Shown here piece after piece: positions 8,800 through 19,004 of a DNA stretch of 64,000 bases. The stretch comes from a virus. The position numbers and the translations under genes are program-made. The notes under the pieces were generated by a model that saw nothing but the letters and a program-made list of their open reading frames with translations, was not told the DNA's origin and made no database searches. The DNA is taken from IMG/VR virus record IMGVR_UViG_3300045988_130750, positions 32,001-96,000 of that record. One strand, 5' to 3'. Numbering within the stretch: position 1 is the first letter of the stretch; each line of letters opens with the position of its first letter.

Positions 8800-9474
8800 T
8801 TAAAAAATAAAATCAAGCAAATCAAATAATCTTCCAACCGAATTATATTCGTCAAAATCACTTAAATCAATCGGCTTACTAGAATAAAATTCACGCTTTT
8901 CATATCCATTAACATCACTTTTAACAGAAGTAAATCCGTGAATATTTCCGTTTTCATCTTTATCAAATGTAATATTCTTATGAGAATCATCACTTACGTC
9001 ACTGCAACTGCAATTCTTACAATTGCCATCACAATCATCGTCTACATCTTCAGCGTCCTCACCAATGTTGAATTCATGAATAATGCATCCAGAATATTTA
9101 TTGTCCTTGACAAAAGCTGAACTTACATCTCCATGAATAAATACAATGTCTGTCTCATCCATATTGATATAAGTATCACTTCCCTCATACTTGGCAGCCC
9201 GAACACATACATTCATTTCAGAATCAATACTAAGAATAAATGCATCATCATAACCGTCCAAATAAGGATCATTCAAATCGTTACAAGAAGCAAGTTTAAA
9301 ATTCGTATTTTTAATAACAGAATTAAGAACATCTTTCATCACATCATACTTAGCCACAACTACAATTTCTGAACAATCATCGTCATAATCTCTTGTACAA
9401 ACATCCAGCTTGTCAAAAGTATCTGCTAAAAATTCAGCAAAATCATTTGTATCTGTAAAACCAAATGTTTTCAA
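8800..9474 (-). CDS. Hypothetical acidic Cys-rich protein
   Basis: 224-aa ORF in the co-directional leftward array. DDDCDGNCKNCSCSD cluster. Confidence 0.7.
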   Translation of the reverse strand: MKTFGFTDTNDFAEFLADTFDKLDVCTRDYDDDCSEIVVVAKYDVMKDVLNSVIKNTNFKLASCNDLNDPYLDGYDDAFILSIDSEMNVCVRAAKYEGSDTYINMDETDIVFIHGDVSSAFVKDNKYSGCIIHEFNIGEDAEDVDDDCDGNCKNCSCSDVSDDSHKNITFDKDENGNIHGFTSVKSDVNGYEKREFYSSKPIDLSDFDEYNSVGRLFDLLDFIF

Positions 9475-9495
9475 TATATTTTCACCACCTTAGAA

Positions 9496-9780
9496 TTAGA
9501 GCTGTTTTGCAGACTTTGACATCTTAAAGCAAATCTCATCATGCTGTGGAGTTACATATTCCTCGCCCTTGCGATCACCCATCATAATTTTTCCTCTACG
9601 CTCTGGAACTGTCTTAACCTTAAACTTTCCAAGTTTTCCAACTGCAACTGATTCTGCGTGATTTGCTGTTAATGTCTCTGTGATTACATCAGCAAAAGCA
9701 TCAAGAATAACTGAGATGTCCTTCTGTGAAGCTCCCTCAACTTTATTTACTACTGCCTTTAATACCTCGTTCTTTGTCAT
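9496..9780 (-). CDS. HU/IHF-family DNA-binding protein
   Basis: MTKNEVLKAVV...GKLGKFKVKTVPERRGKIMMGDRKGEEYVTP matches the HU arm pattern GFGxFxV..R.aR.G. ATG at 9780 has AAGGAG 9 nt upstream; the track start at 9804 is a TTG. Confidence 0.8.
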   Translation of the reverse strand: MTKNEVLKAVVNKVEGASQKDISVILDAFADVITETLTANHAESVAVGKLGKFKVKTVPERRGKIMMGDRKGEEYVTPQHDEICFKMSKSAKQL

Positions 9781-9957
9781 TTTAATTTTCTCCTTTTTTC
9801 TCAACTATTTATTTTTTTAATACAAAAAGAGGGTAGTGTTTCATTTGAGTACACTCCCTCCGATACATACAATTGTGACAGCAACATCACAATTTCTATA
9901 CAATCGGACTAATTAAAAGTAGAAAATTAGCCCAATTTTCATAGTTACTTATACATA

Positions 9958-9986
9958 ATATAAAAACCAAGTCACTCGTACTTGGT
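9958..9986 (-). terminator. Rho-independent terminator after the 9987-10982 gene
   Basis: Stem ACCAAGT (9966-9972) / ACTTGGT (9980-9986), followed on the minus strand by TTTTT. Confidence 0.75.
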
Positions 9987-10982
9987 CTACTTTGTCATGA
10001 AATTAGTAATAATTCTTGTCTTGGAATCAATAATGTCACCATTTGAATCCAATGCAAGATACATAAACCCGTTCTGATTTGGAATTATAAGTTTACCGTT
10101 GTTATAATCCAGCTTATCCAAATCACACACACAACCTTGCTCATACATTTTTATTCCACCTTGAGTAAAACTTCCTACTTTATGGGTATGAGCCATTACG
10201 ATTCCAGTAAATGTGCGATCTACACGCAAGAAATAATTGACTGCCTTTTCTGTTGTTTTTAACATACCAGATGAATAATTTAATGGGTGACAGAAAATTA
10301 CATTACCTTCTTTTATCCACCATTCTTTATCATAAACGATTTCAATATTTGAATCTTCAAACACTTCACGAATAGAAGAGTATTGTGTCTGGGTTTTATT
10401 TCTTTCATCATTAACTTTGAATCCATCGTCTACAATCATTTCTAGCGGATCTGTTGGAATGATGCCAAGTAATTCATTTGATAATCTATCAGAACAGTAT
10501 CTTTGCATACGGTATTCATGATTTCCCATCACAAACATTACCTTTTTAGGTGTAGTCAGATTGATTAAATCAATAATATACTGTCTTCCTAAAACAAGTT
10601 CTTCATCAAGATTTATTTTGAATTTTTTAGGAAATGCAGAACATGAAAAACAATCCAATAAATCACCATTGACTATTAAAGTGTCTATAATTCCCTTATA
10701 ACCTGAAAAAATATCAATAGGTAAATTAAACGGAATATGAACATCTGACACACATAAAATTCTTTCAGATGCACCCTCACAGTTGTGAATATAATTATCA
10801 TACTCTTCATATCCAACAGCCTGTTTTCTAAGCTGATCTGGTGTAATATTCAATCCAAGCATATCTCGAATTTCAATCCAATCCATATCTGTCTCTTTAC
10901 GTTTCTTTGCAAGACAACATCTTAATTTCCATTCAAAATCTGTTTCATTTTCTAATCTATGTAAGTCGATTATAATGTCCAC
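9987..10982 (-). CDS. Calcineurin-like metallophosphoesterase
   Basis: Motifs CVSDVHIP, NGDLLD, MGNHEYR and MAHTH in canonical order. Confidence 0.8.
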   Translation of the reverse strand: MDIIIDLHRLENETDFEWKLRCCLAKKRKETDMDWIEIRDMLGLNITPDQLRKQAVGYEEYDNYIHNCEGASERILCVSDVHIPFNLPIDIFSGYKGIIDTLIVNGDLLDCFSCSAFPKKFKINLDEELVLGRQYIIDLINLTTPKKVMFVMGNHEYRMQRYCSDRLSNELLGIIPTDPLEMIVDDGFKVNDERNKTQTQYSSIREVFEDSNIEIVYDKEWWIKEGNVIFCHPLNYSSGMLKTTEKAVNYFLRVDRTFTGIVMAHTHKVGSFTQGGIKMYEQGCVCDLDKLDYNNGKLIIPNQNGFMYLALDSNGDIIDSKTRIITNFMTK

Positions 10983-10992
10983 CTACTCTCTA

Positions 10993-11220
10993 TTACTCTT
11001 CATCAGACGGAACATCCAGCTCCTCATCTGTTTTTAATGCAACAGTAAAATCAATTACCTGATTCTTAAATGATGTAAGCAGATCGGCTACTTTTACTTC
11101 CTGCTCCATATCATTTTCATCAGTATATGTAATAGTAGTACAATCCTCTGAGAGTGTACCTGCCTTTACTGTCAACTTATCTGTAGTTGTTCTTGTAAAT
11201 TTTAATTTACTAGCTGCCAT
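10993..11220 (-). CDS. Hypothetical small acidic protein
   Basis: 75-aa ORF with GGAGGAAAAGGAATTATG start context. Confidence 0.7.
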   Translation of the reverse strand: MAASKLKFTRTTTDKLTVKAGTLSEDCTTITYTDENDMEQEVKVADLLTSFKNQVIDFTVALKTDEELDVPSDEE

Positions 11221-11241
11221 AATTCCTTTTCCTCCATAAAA

Positions 11242-11553
11242 TTAAAAATTCCCACCAGAACGCTTTCTGCCAGGATTATAATACATTTGTTTCGTTTTAT
11301 TCTGTTTTACTTCAATATACTCACGAATCTTCCTAATATAATTTTCATCATAGCTTAAACGAATATGTGACTCCAAATAATAACATCCACAACGAGTAGG
11401 AATTTTATTAGATAACACATTGTCTATAAGCCTATATGACGGGTTAAGATTTGAGAGATGAGTATGCTTTTCTGTATCTTCTTTTCTGCTAATACGATAG
11501 CCATTTTCTGTTCTGTCAATATAAAACCCTTTATAGTGAACTGCCCATTGGCT
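11242..11553 (-). pseudogene. Start-less 103-codon reading frame abutting the IS right end (probable 3' remnant of a disrupted gene)
   Basis: My own translation gives SQWAVHYKGFYIDRTENGYRISRKED...NPGRKRSGGNF*. It is open from the stop at 11554-11556 but has no ATG/GTG/TTG until near the end, so it is absent from the ORF track. Confidence 0.45.
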
Positions 11554-12871
11554 TTAGACAATGGACTTCTTGCTTCATCGTCCTCGTAACCTACTAACTC
11601 CACAAGCGTAAATTCCGATAGTTCCTACCGTACTAAATATCCGTTATGCTGCTTCCAACAGCCTTAATCCTTCATTGAGAATGTTCTTTGCAGCGTTTAT
11701 ATCTCTGTCATGCTTCGTCCCACACTTAGGACAAATCCATTCTCTTACAGATAAATCTTTGGTATTCTTATTGACATATCCACAAATATTACAAAGCTGA
11801 CTAGACGGAACATATCTGCCAATTTTGATATATGTACGCCCATTCCATTCAGCCTTATATGTGAGCTGCCTTGTCAATTCATACCATCCACAATCTGTAA
11901 TTGCTTTAGCAAGATTATGATTCTTTACCATATTAGATACTGCTAAATCCTCACTAACTATCACTTGGTTTTCGCTGATAAGCCGATGTGAAATCTTATG
12001 CAGATTATCAATTCTAGTATTGCGAATCTTTTCGTGCACTCTTGCAAGTTTTATTCTTTGCTTTTGATAATTCTTACTACCTTTTGTTTTATGAGATAAT
12101 TTACGCTGTTCTTTTGCAAGTTTGTTCTCATATTTTTTTATAGTCCGAATATTATTAAATTTTTCTCCATCAGAAGTGATAAGTAAATCCTTAATACCTA
12201 AATCAATACCGACTATACTGCTTGTTTCTGGAAGAACTTCATGGTCAGTTTTGACCAATACAGATACAAAATACTTCCCACTTGGAACTTGTGAAATGGT
12301 GGCTGATTTTATTTTACCGACAAACTCTCTATGAACTTTTGCCTTGACCCATTTCAGTTTTGGAAGTTTGATTCTGTTATTCTCAAAAGAAACTTCGATA
12401 TTTCCATTTGTGAAGTTTGTCTTATAAGACTTTTTATTGTCTCGCTTGCTCTTAAATTTCGGATAACCTGCATGTTCTTTGAAAAATTTCTGATACGCTG
12501 AATCCATGTTAATGACTGCATTATCTAACGCAAATTTATCTACTTCTTTTAACCATAAATATTCGGTTTTCAGAGTCTTGTTCTTCCAGTTATTACAATC
12601 AATCTTACTTAAAGATTCTTTTTTGGTTTCATAAAGATTCCTCCTATATGCAAGCGTCTGATTATATACAAATCTACAACAACCAAAAGTTTTCTGAATC
12701 TGAATTTCTTGCTCTTTGTTTGGATATAGTCTGTATTTATAGGCTTTAAGCATTCACTACTCACCCCATTCTAATATATTCTCTTTTTATTGTGCTTCTC
12801 ACCCATCAGCTAAAGCTAATGGGATTGCGAACCGATTCTTATTTTTTAATTCGATTTTTCATAGACAAAAC
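11540..12871 (-). mobile_element. IS200/IS605-family TnpB-only element (boundaries approximate)
   Basis: tnpB has about 115 nt of upstream and about 100 nt of downstream non-coding ends. Each end carries a subterminal hairpin: CCCATcAGC-TAAA-GCTaATGGG near 12802-12822 and CCATTG-GCTTTAGA-CAATGG near 11545-11564. It interrupts the local gene order. Confidence 0.5.
11644..12753 (-). CDS. tnpB: TnpB (OrfB) RNA-guided nuclease, IS200/IS605 family
   Basis: Begins MLKAYKYRLYPNKEQ. RuvC motifs VGIDLG and VSEDL. Zinc ribbon CNICGYVNK...CPKCGTKHDRDINAAKNI. Confidence 0.9.
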   Translation of the reverse strand: MLKAYKYRLYPNKEQEIQIQKTFGCCRFVYNQTLAYRRNLYETKKESLSKIDCNNWKNKTLKTEYLWLKEVDKFALDNAVINMDSAYQKFFKEHAGYPKFKSKRDNKKSYKTNFTNGNIEVSFENNRIKLPKLKWVKAKVHREFVGKIKSATISQVPSGKYFVSVLVKTDHEVLPETSSIVGIDLGIKDLLITSDGEKFNNIRTIKKYENKLAKEQRKLSHKTKGSKNYQKQRIKLARVHEKIRNTRIDNLHKISHRLISENQVIVSEDLAVSNMVKNHNLAKAITDCGWYELTRQLTYKAEWNGRTYIKIGRYVPSSQLCNICGYVNKNTKDLSVREWICPKCGTKHDRDINAAKNILNEGLRLLEAA

Positions 12872-13042
12872 CTACTTAACATATTTATCTTCAATGTAAC
12901 GTTTTCTTGCAACACCTTTGGTACGATAGTAGCCGACCTGTTCGCCTCTGCGGTCTACATAACCTCGTTTAGTATTACGAATTACACCTTCAGATAATAA
13001 TTTTTCAATTTCACTTTTAGAAATCTGTTTGATAATTTTCAC
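12872..13042 (-). CDS. Hypothetical small basic protein (start uncertain)
   Basis: The track ORF 12872-13111 would start inside tRNA-Lys. The in-frame GTG at 13042 (VKIIKQISKSE...) avoids the overlap. Confidence 0.5.
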   Translation of the reverse strand: MKIIKQISKSEIEKLLSEGVIRNTKRGYVDRRGEQVGYYRTKGVARKRYIEDKYVK

Positions 13043-13080
13043 TTCCTTTGATTTATTTTCTGCTGAATAGCAGAAGAGAG

Positions 13081-13155
13081 TGAGCGTGGAGGGATTTGAA
13101 CCCATCGACAACTCGATTAAAAGTCGAGTGCTCTACCAAACTGAGCTACACACTC
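13081..13155 (-). tRNA. tRNA-Lys: tRNA-Lys (anticodon UUU)
   Basis: Acceptor GAGTGTG/CACGCTC, D arm GCTC-AGTTTGGTA-GAGC, anticodon arm CTCGA-CTTTTAA-TCGAG. The T stem is imperfect (3 GC pairs plus mismatches). Confidence 0.7.
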
Positions 13156-13531
13156 AAAGAGAAAATCAGTGACCATACCACAAGAATTGTAGCACAGCCA
13201 CCGATTATAGAAAGGTAAGGTACAAAATGAATATGTACTTGAAGTGTTTACATTTTATTATTCTCTGTTCTATCAGCTAAGAAAGGCTGATTTCATTGTT
13301 TTAGCCTTTCGGCATAGCCCTCAATTAAGAGGGCTTAGTATTTTTTTATAAAACGATCGTTGCTTATTTATATTCCGCATTTGCATGTAAGCGGAGAGGT
13401 ACTAAGATAAAGAAAAATCCTTTCTCCTCATTATACAACTTAACGAAGTTGTTAAAAATGCACTAAAATCAATGGTTTCGGAACATTAAAATTGTCTAGG
13501 TGTCCCTAAAAAACACTATTTTTGAACAAAA

Positions 13532-16141
13532 TTAATAATTTTCCGAGAAACATTTTAGCAAATTTGCACTATTGATATCATATAATGCCTTGATTAAAAT
13601 AGATTTTCTTTTCTTGATTTTTGATTTTAACTTATACTGATTTTGCTTTTGAGAAATAGAAACACAGAAAGCTCTATCAATCAACCAACTAAATAATCCA
13701 ATATAATTCTTAGATACATAAACTTTTTTTATATCCTGAATCATATTATCAAAATCCATTTTTAAAAGAAAATAAGAATCTTCATTTTCAGAGCTAATAG
13801 TAGAATAATATTTGTTCATATACATTTCTATTATTTCTTCAACTTTTTTACATGTTTTTCTGTTCTTTTCTATCTCAAATTTCTTGAAAAAATATTGGAT
13901 TGGAATTGTAGATTCATTTGACCTGAATTGGTCGAGTTTTAGATTATAAAGATAATTCATAGGACAAACAAGATTATAATTGATATTTTTTTCTTTAAAA
14001 TCTCTTCTAATAACTTTCCAGAAAGCAGGATATTTGTTATTTTCAACATCCATATCTTTTTTTATACGCTTTATTTCAGAACCAACATCAACATCAAAAA
14101 GACGTTTTGCTGAATCTATAGCGATCTGAGCTAATACACTGAGTATACAAACATAATCCTTATATTTCTGTTCATCAAACGTACAATCATAAGTCTGAGC
14201 AAGTTGCGCAAGATTACTTGATTCGCCTATATCTAATTGTGAAGCTGCTAATTTATTATCTAATCTCGCAAAATCTTTCATAGTGCTATCATATACATTT
14301 GAATCTTTAGGAATATTATTTACAATGGTTAAATATTTTTCCTTACAATTTTTCGCATGTAATACGATGTCGGCTTGGTTTGTAGTATAAATACTATCAC
14401 TATCCATGTCACTACCATTGTTACGGTCTTGAAAATCAGTACCATTCATGTTTACAGCAATAATCTGGTCACAAAATTTAAAATACTTCTTGAATCTGTC
14501 ATTATATACATTATGTAAATACCCAAGATTATACTTTCCATTAAACGGACTTCTAAACTCAGCAAGATATTCATTATCATTAAATCTGGTGGTATAACAT
14601 TGAGTTGCTAAATCTTCAACAGAAAATGTATCATCTTTATCAACATCACAGGAATTACCAGTCGCACCATACAGCAACATTGCATATGGTGAACCAACTA
14701 TCACCAAATTATCTGCATTTTGAATTACTTTACCACTCTTGAAATTTAAAACATATGTCATAATAATTGCCTTTTTACGATCCCTGAAATAAGAACTTCT
14801 AAGAAAATCTCGATTCTGTTCACATAAAGCAATTAATGCTTCGTAATCGTTTGAAAAGTTAATATTTTTCCTCAAATAATCAAGAAAGAAATCATCATCG
14901 GTCTTTAACCTATTGATATATTCAATACTTTCCTTGCATACATTTTCCATAATTTCAACATCAAGAGAATTTACCATCTGGTAACTCATACGCTGCACAG
15001 TTCCAAGCTTACTTGGATGAGCAGTTTTAACAATACCAAACATACAGTCGTTCTCATAAACTTTATTACACCAATAGTCATATGACACGTCATACTTAAT
15101 CCATTTCATTGCGTTATCAGTTGTAATAAGTTCTATATCTTTTACATAATGCTCATTTCCCCACATATCTTTTACTGTGGCAGAATAGTAGTCATCACCA
15201 AAATAATCACGGAAAAATAATTGAATGTTGCTACAGAAAGCAGCCATTTTACAGAAATGATGTCTAAGAAGAATATAACCATTTCCCCAATTTGGAAAAA
15301 TAGAAGAGTCGATTAAAGCCTGTCCATCAAATAACGTATTTTTTAATTTATAATCTTTAATAGCTTTCGCAATACAATGTTTATTTTCATCTATTTCAAC
15401 AGAAATAACATTTGTGTTAAAATACCTATCAACATCTTTTAATACCAAAATATTTTTAGGATTGATTTTAACTTTTCCAACAATTCCGCTACATACGAGA
15501 GAAGAGTATGCGCTAATCCCAACAATATCCGCATTATGTTTTGGAAGTTTTATTCCCATTCTAAGATAATTAATTGCCTTGTTATACAATTTATCTCTTA
15601 TAAACATACAAGTACCTTTTTTTGCTTTACCTGTACTTCTATATAACATTTTATAATGGATAACTTCTGTTTTAATAATATCACCGTTCCTTTTACGAGT
15701 AATATATTCTACATTAACTCCATTATTATAAAATTCTTCTCTTATTGTATCTGCTGATAATGAGAAATAATCTGTTTTATGATTAACAGCAAAATTATAT
15801 AAACTTATTATTTTCTTTTTCTTATTCGTCTGTAGTTCTATTAGTTTTTTACTTCCAGAGCTAATTGCCTTTTTATATTCAATTCTTGCATTTTTTGCTA
15901 TTTTTCTAATATGAGCTATTTCCTCATCATAAGAACGTGTACCAAAATTAAATTCCAAGCATATTAAGTCTCTCGTAGATTCATCATTCCATACCTTCAA
16001 TTTGTTCTCACACATAAAGTCTTTAAATAAGCTATTTACGAACATTGCGTCTTTATAATCATAATGATCACGAAGTCCTTTATTATATTCATAAAGAGTT
16101 GCAGCTTCAATATTTTTTATTTTAATTCCAAATTCACTCAT
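13532..16141 (-). CDS. YonO-like single-polypeptide RNA polymerase (double-psi beta-barrel, RdRP/multisubunit-RNAP related)
   Basis: 869 aa. FRSPFNGKYNLG...IIAVNMNG...NGSDMDSDSIY reproduces the R-x-P ... N-x-x-D-x-D-x-D catalytic pattern; DMDSD is encoded at 14396-14410. The size and the HU-like neighbour match SPbeta yonO/yonN. Confidence 0.55.
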   Translation of the reverse strand: MSEFGIKIKNIEAATLYEYNKGLRDHYDYKDAMFVNSLFKDFMCENKLKVWNDESTRDLICLEFNFGTRSYDEEIAHIRKIAKNARIEYKKAISSGSKKLIELQTNKKKKIISLYNFAVNHKTDYFSLSADTIREEFYNNGVNVEYITRKRNGDIIKTEVIHYKMLYRSTGKAKKGTCMFIRDKLYNKAINYLRMGIKLPKHNADIVGISAYSSLVCSGIVGKVKINPKNILVLKDVDRYFNTNVISVEIDENKHCIAKAIKDYKLKNTLFDGQALIDSSIFPNWGNGYILLRHHFCKMAAFCSNIQLFFRDYFGDDYYSATVKDMWGNEHYVKDIELITTDNAMKWIKYDVSYDYWCNKVYENDCMFGIVKTAHPSKLGTVQRMSYQMVNSLDVEIMENVCKESIEYINRLKTDDDFFLDYLRKNINFSNDYEALIALCEQNRDFLRSSYFRDRKKAIIMTYVLNFKSGKVIQNADNLVIVGSPYAMLLYGATGNSCDVDKDDTFSVEDLATQCYTTRFNDNEYLAEFRSPFNGKYNLGYLHNVYNDRFKKYFKFCDQIIAVNMNGTDFQDRNNGSDMDSDSIYTTNQADIVLHAKNCKEKYLTIVNNIPKDSNVYDSTMKDFARLDNKLAASQLDIGESSNLAQLAQTYDCTFDEQKYKDYVCILSVLAQIAIDSAKRLFDVDVGSEIKRIKKDMDVENNKYPAFWKVIRRDFKEKNINYNLVCPMNYLYNLKLDQFRSNESTIPIQYFFKKFEIEKNRKTCKKVEEIIEMYMNKYYSTISSENEDSYFLLKMDFDNMIQDIKKVYVSKNYIGLFSWLIDRAFCVSISQKQNQYKLKSKIKKRKSILIKALYDINSANLLKCFSENY

Positions 16142-16160
16142 CTATAAATAAATCACCACC

Positions 16161-16418
16161 TTAATCAAATAATTGCTCCCAAAATTCTTCTTCTGAATCA
16201 TAACCGTCATAATTGATATTTTCAGCAAATTCACTATTACAACGAGAATTTGCTTTCATGTAACAATCTTTTATATTGCCACATTGTATGCAATTATAAT
16301 TGTTGCCGATTAAGTCTTCGGAGCATTCTCTCTTTGAAATATAATCTGTGATCAAATCAGTCATTGATTCCAAGTCATCTTCGCTAAATTGTTTATTCAT
16401 ATAAAAATCTCCTTCCAC
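16161..16418 (-). CDS. Hypothetical acidic Cys-containing protein
   Basis: 85-aa ORF in the leftward array. Confidence 0.65.
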   Translation of the reverse strand: MEGDFYMNKQFSEDDLESMTDLITDYISKRECSEDLIGNNYNCIQCGNIKDCYMKANSRCNSEFAENINYDGYDSEEEFWEQLFD

Positions 16419-16450
16419 TTATATATTCTCCAAATGAAATTCCTATTTGC

Positions 16451-16675
16451 TCAATAATCTTTATTCATTTCTTTGATTTTATAACCTAAAAATTTAGCCA
16501 AATCTCTTGCATAATTCACACATTCCCAATGAGCATATTCATAATCACCATTAACAATATATTCTTCACCATCATAAATACCTTCGTTACAAATAGAACA
16601 TACCTCTTTTATTTGTAATGATTCTGTATTAGGACATCTTGGATGACAAGGATGTTTTCTACATATTTCACACAT
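16451..16675 (-). CDS. Hypothetical zinc-finger protein
   Basis: 74 aa. CEICRKHPCHPRC and CSIC...HWEC cysteine/histidine pairs. Start overlaps the upstream stop. Confidence 0.7.
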   Translation of the reverse strand: MCEICRKHPCHPRCPNTESLQIKEVCSICNEGIYDGEEYIVNGDYEYAHWECVNYARDLAKFLGYKIKEMNKDY

Positions 16676-17253
16676 TATTTATTTTCACCTAAATCTAACC
16701 AAACTTCCCAATATCCGTTACAATATTTTGTTCTTAAATCATCATAGTGAAATTTGAGAATATCAAGAATTTGATATATATAATAACAATAATCAATTTG
16801 ACCAGACTGAATATTACGAAGAACATCATTTATGTAAGCACAATATTCTTGCCAATTTGTTGCACCATGATAAGTACTCATTGTTTCTTCGTTCCAATAC
16901 CCTGTCTCTTTGGAATACTTCATATTCTGACCTAATTTTGTAATGCCTGATACTGGTTTAACAAAAAGTTTTCTAATATTAAACTCCTTCTGCCATTTAT
17001 CATCCGTAAGAGTAGAAGATGGTCTACCATTTGTATTACTTACAAGTTTCATTTCTCTAAGTTCTTCAAGTGTCATTGACTGATAATTTTTCATTTCTTT
17101 TTTCTGTCGCTCCTTTTTAATAATTGTTTTTTCGAGGTTATCTGCCTCTATGTATTTATTTATTCTCTTTTTGTTTGGTGTTTCTGTAGAAAAATCATCA
17201 ATATCAATTTCACCTGCAAATGTGTTATGGTTCTGTGTGTAGCTTGTTTTCAT
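16675..17253 (-). CDS. Hypothetical protein
   Basis: 192-aa ORF in the leftward array. Confidence 0.7.
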   Translation of the reverse strand: MKTSYTQNHNTFAGEIDIDDFSTETPNKKRINKYIEADNLEKTIIKKERQKKEMKNYQSMTLEELREMKLVSNTNGRPSSTLTDDKWQKEFNIRKLFVKPVSGITKLGQNMKYSKETGYWNEETMSTYHGATNWQEYCAYINDVLRNIQSGQIDYCYYIYQILDILKFHYDDLRTKYCNGYWEVWLDLGENK

Positions 17254-17332
17254 ATTTTAATAATTCTCCTTTAGTTTTTAAAATAATTTTGTTCATTGCA
17301 ATCAACTCCTTTGAGTGCTGCGTTATTAGTTC

Positions 17333-18112
17333 CTATATTTTATTATTCTCCAAAAGCTCTATCTGTTTTTTTATTTCTTTATCTGGACAATATTCTTTAT
17401 CAATTCTTTGACCGTGTTCATCATGAATAAAATGTCTATAATCAGCAAATACCTTTGGAGTAGTAGTGTATTTTTCTTTGCCATCCTTAATATATTTTTC
17501 TCTCTTCATAGGCTGATATTTTACAATTTTGAGTGCTTCTAAAATGTTAATTATGCGACTAATATATCTTTCAGAAAGTCCAATATCTTCTGAAATAGTC
17601 TTAAAATATCTATAACAACATAGTGGTTTTCTATCCATTCGATTCAAATTGACACGAATATAAGAGAGTACAAGTAGAATATAAGCTGATGATATTCTTG
17701 CAGTATCAATCTCTTTATCCTTCAATTCTTCTTTGAAATTTAATATTGCATCCAACTCATCAAAATAAATAATTCCAAACTTATCAGGTACATCGAATTT
17801 TTTTATATTAAGTTTTACTTGCTGATATTTGACCGAATTGGTCTTTTCTTTTAGACATTTCTCAAAATCTGGACACGATTCAAAGTATTCATAATGAGAG
17901 AGAAGTGATAGAACTTCATAATATTTCTGATTTATCTTTCCATCTCTGTAGTTAGGTTTCAGTTTAGACCAATGACAAAGTTCTGTTGTAGAAAATGCCA
18001 CTGTGTCATCAAGTGAACGCCTTGCACAAAGATATGAGAAGATTATTACGCGTTTAGATGAGAGATCCTTATCATAAATGATTTCTCGTGGAATTTTTAC
18101 ATAGTTTGGCAA
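17333..18112 (-). CDS. Hypothetical protein, possible winged-helix DNA-binding/replication-organiser type
   Basis: 259-aa ORF. N-terminal YVKIPREIIYDKDLSSKRVIIFSYL and a later ERYISRIINILEALKIVKYQ helix. The functional guess is weak. Confidence 0.6.
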   Translation of the reverse strand: MPNYVKIPREIIYDKDLSSKRVIIFSYLCARRSLDDTVAFSTTELCHWSKLKPNYRDGKINQKYYEVLSLLSHYEYFESCPDFEKCLKEKTNSVKYQQVKLNIKKFDVPDKFGIIYFDELDAILNFKEELKDKEIDTARISSAYILLVLSYIRVNLNRMDRKPLCCYRYFKTISEDIGLSERYISRIINILEALKIVKYQPMKREKYIKDGKEKYTTTPKVFADYRHFIHDEHGQRIDKEYCPDKEIKKQIELLENNKI

Positions 18113-18131
18113 GACGTATCACCTCACTATG

Positions 18132-19004
18132 TTAATCTACATAAAGTTGGCAAGCAATTTTAAGTAAAACATTTCCTTGTTGCATATCATTAACTATAAA
18201 GTCAACCTTTGGATAATTCCAATCAGGATGTTCAAGATTATTTTCTTTGAATTTTTTATCTGCCTTTTCCCAATCTTTATAAAAATTAGGAAATGTCTTT
18301 GAAAATTCTTTATACATTGGAGTCCATTTAGCGGAACTATTCATGCCACAAATTCGCTTTACCTCCTCTTTATAATCTTCTACTCTTTTTACAGAAACGT
18401 TTTTTCGAGCAATTTTATATTCTTTTTCTTTTTTTTCATATCTGATAATAGACTCCCTTATCTTATCTTGATTACTCTCAAAATATGTAATAATGTCTTT
18501 ACTAAATGTGATTTTTTTCTTTGAAATATGAATATAATTAAGTAATTCTTTATCTACAGATTCATCAAAAGTTGACTTAATAAAATACGAGTTTCTAAAT
18601 TCGTTAATTTTCATATCAAAAATTCCATGCTCATATAAATAATATTTAAGATTAGTAGGAGCAAACCCTGGAATATTTAACTCTCTGCATAAACTGCGAA
18701 TATCAAGAATATCATTGACTTCTGGTGGTTTAAGTTCTGAATTATTTAAGTTATTGACAGTAATTTCATCTTTTTTTTGTTCTTCTAAGATAGAAATTCT
18801 CTCAAGCAAATTCTTGATAGCTTTATTGATTTCGTTATTTTCTTCTCTATGCTTTAAATTGTAATTACTAAGATCCAAATGAAGTTTGTTTACTTCTGCT
18901 TGAATTTCTTTATTTACAAATTGATTGATAATTCCTGTCTCATTGGTTGTAGACTCATCTACAATTCTTTTGACATCCTGTTCATTTACAATAAGTTTAC
19001 CCAT
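18132..19004 (-). CDS. Hypothetical coiled-coil protein
   Basis: 290-aa ORF. Start overlaps the stop of the ParB-like gene. Confidence 0.7.
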   Translation of the reverse strand: MGKLIVNEQDVKRIVDESTTNETGIINQFVNKEIQAEVNKLHLDLSNYNLKHREENNEINKAIKNLLERISILEEQKKDEITVNNLNNSELKPPEVNDILDIRSLCRELNIPGFAPTNLKYYLYEHGIFDMKINEFRNSYFIKSTFDESVDKELLNYIHISKKKITFSKDIITYFESNQDKIRESIIRYEKKEKEYKIARKNVSVKRVEDYKEEVKRICGMNSSAKWTPMYKEFSKTFPNFYKDWEKADKKFKENNLEHPDWNYPKVDFIVNDMQQGNVLLKIACQLYVD

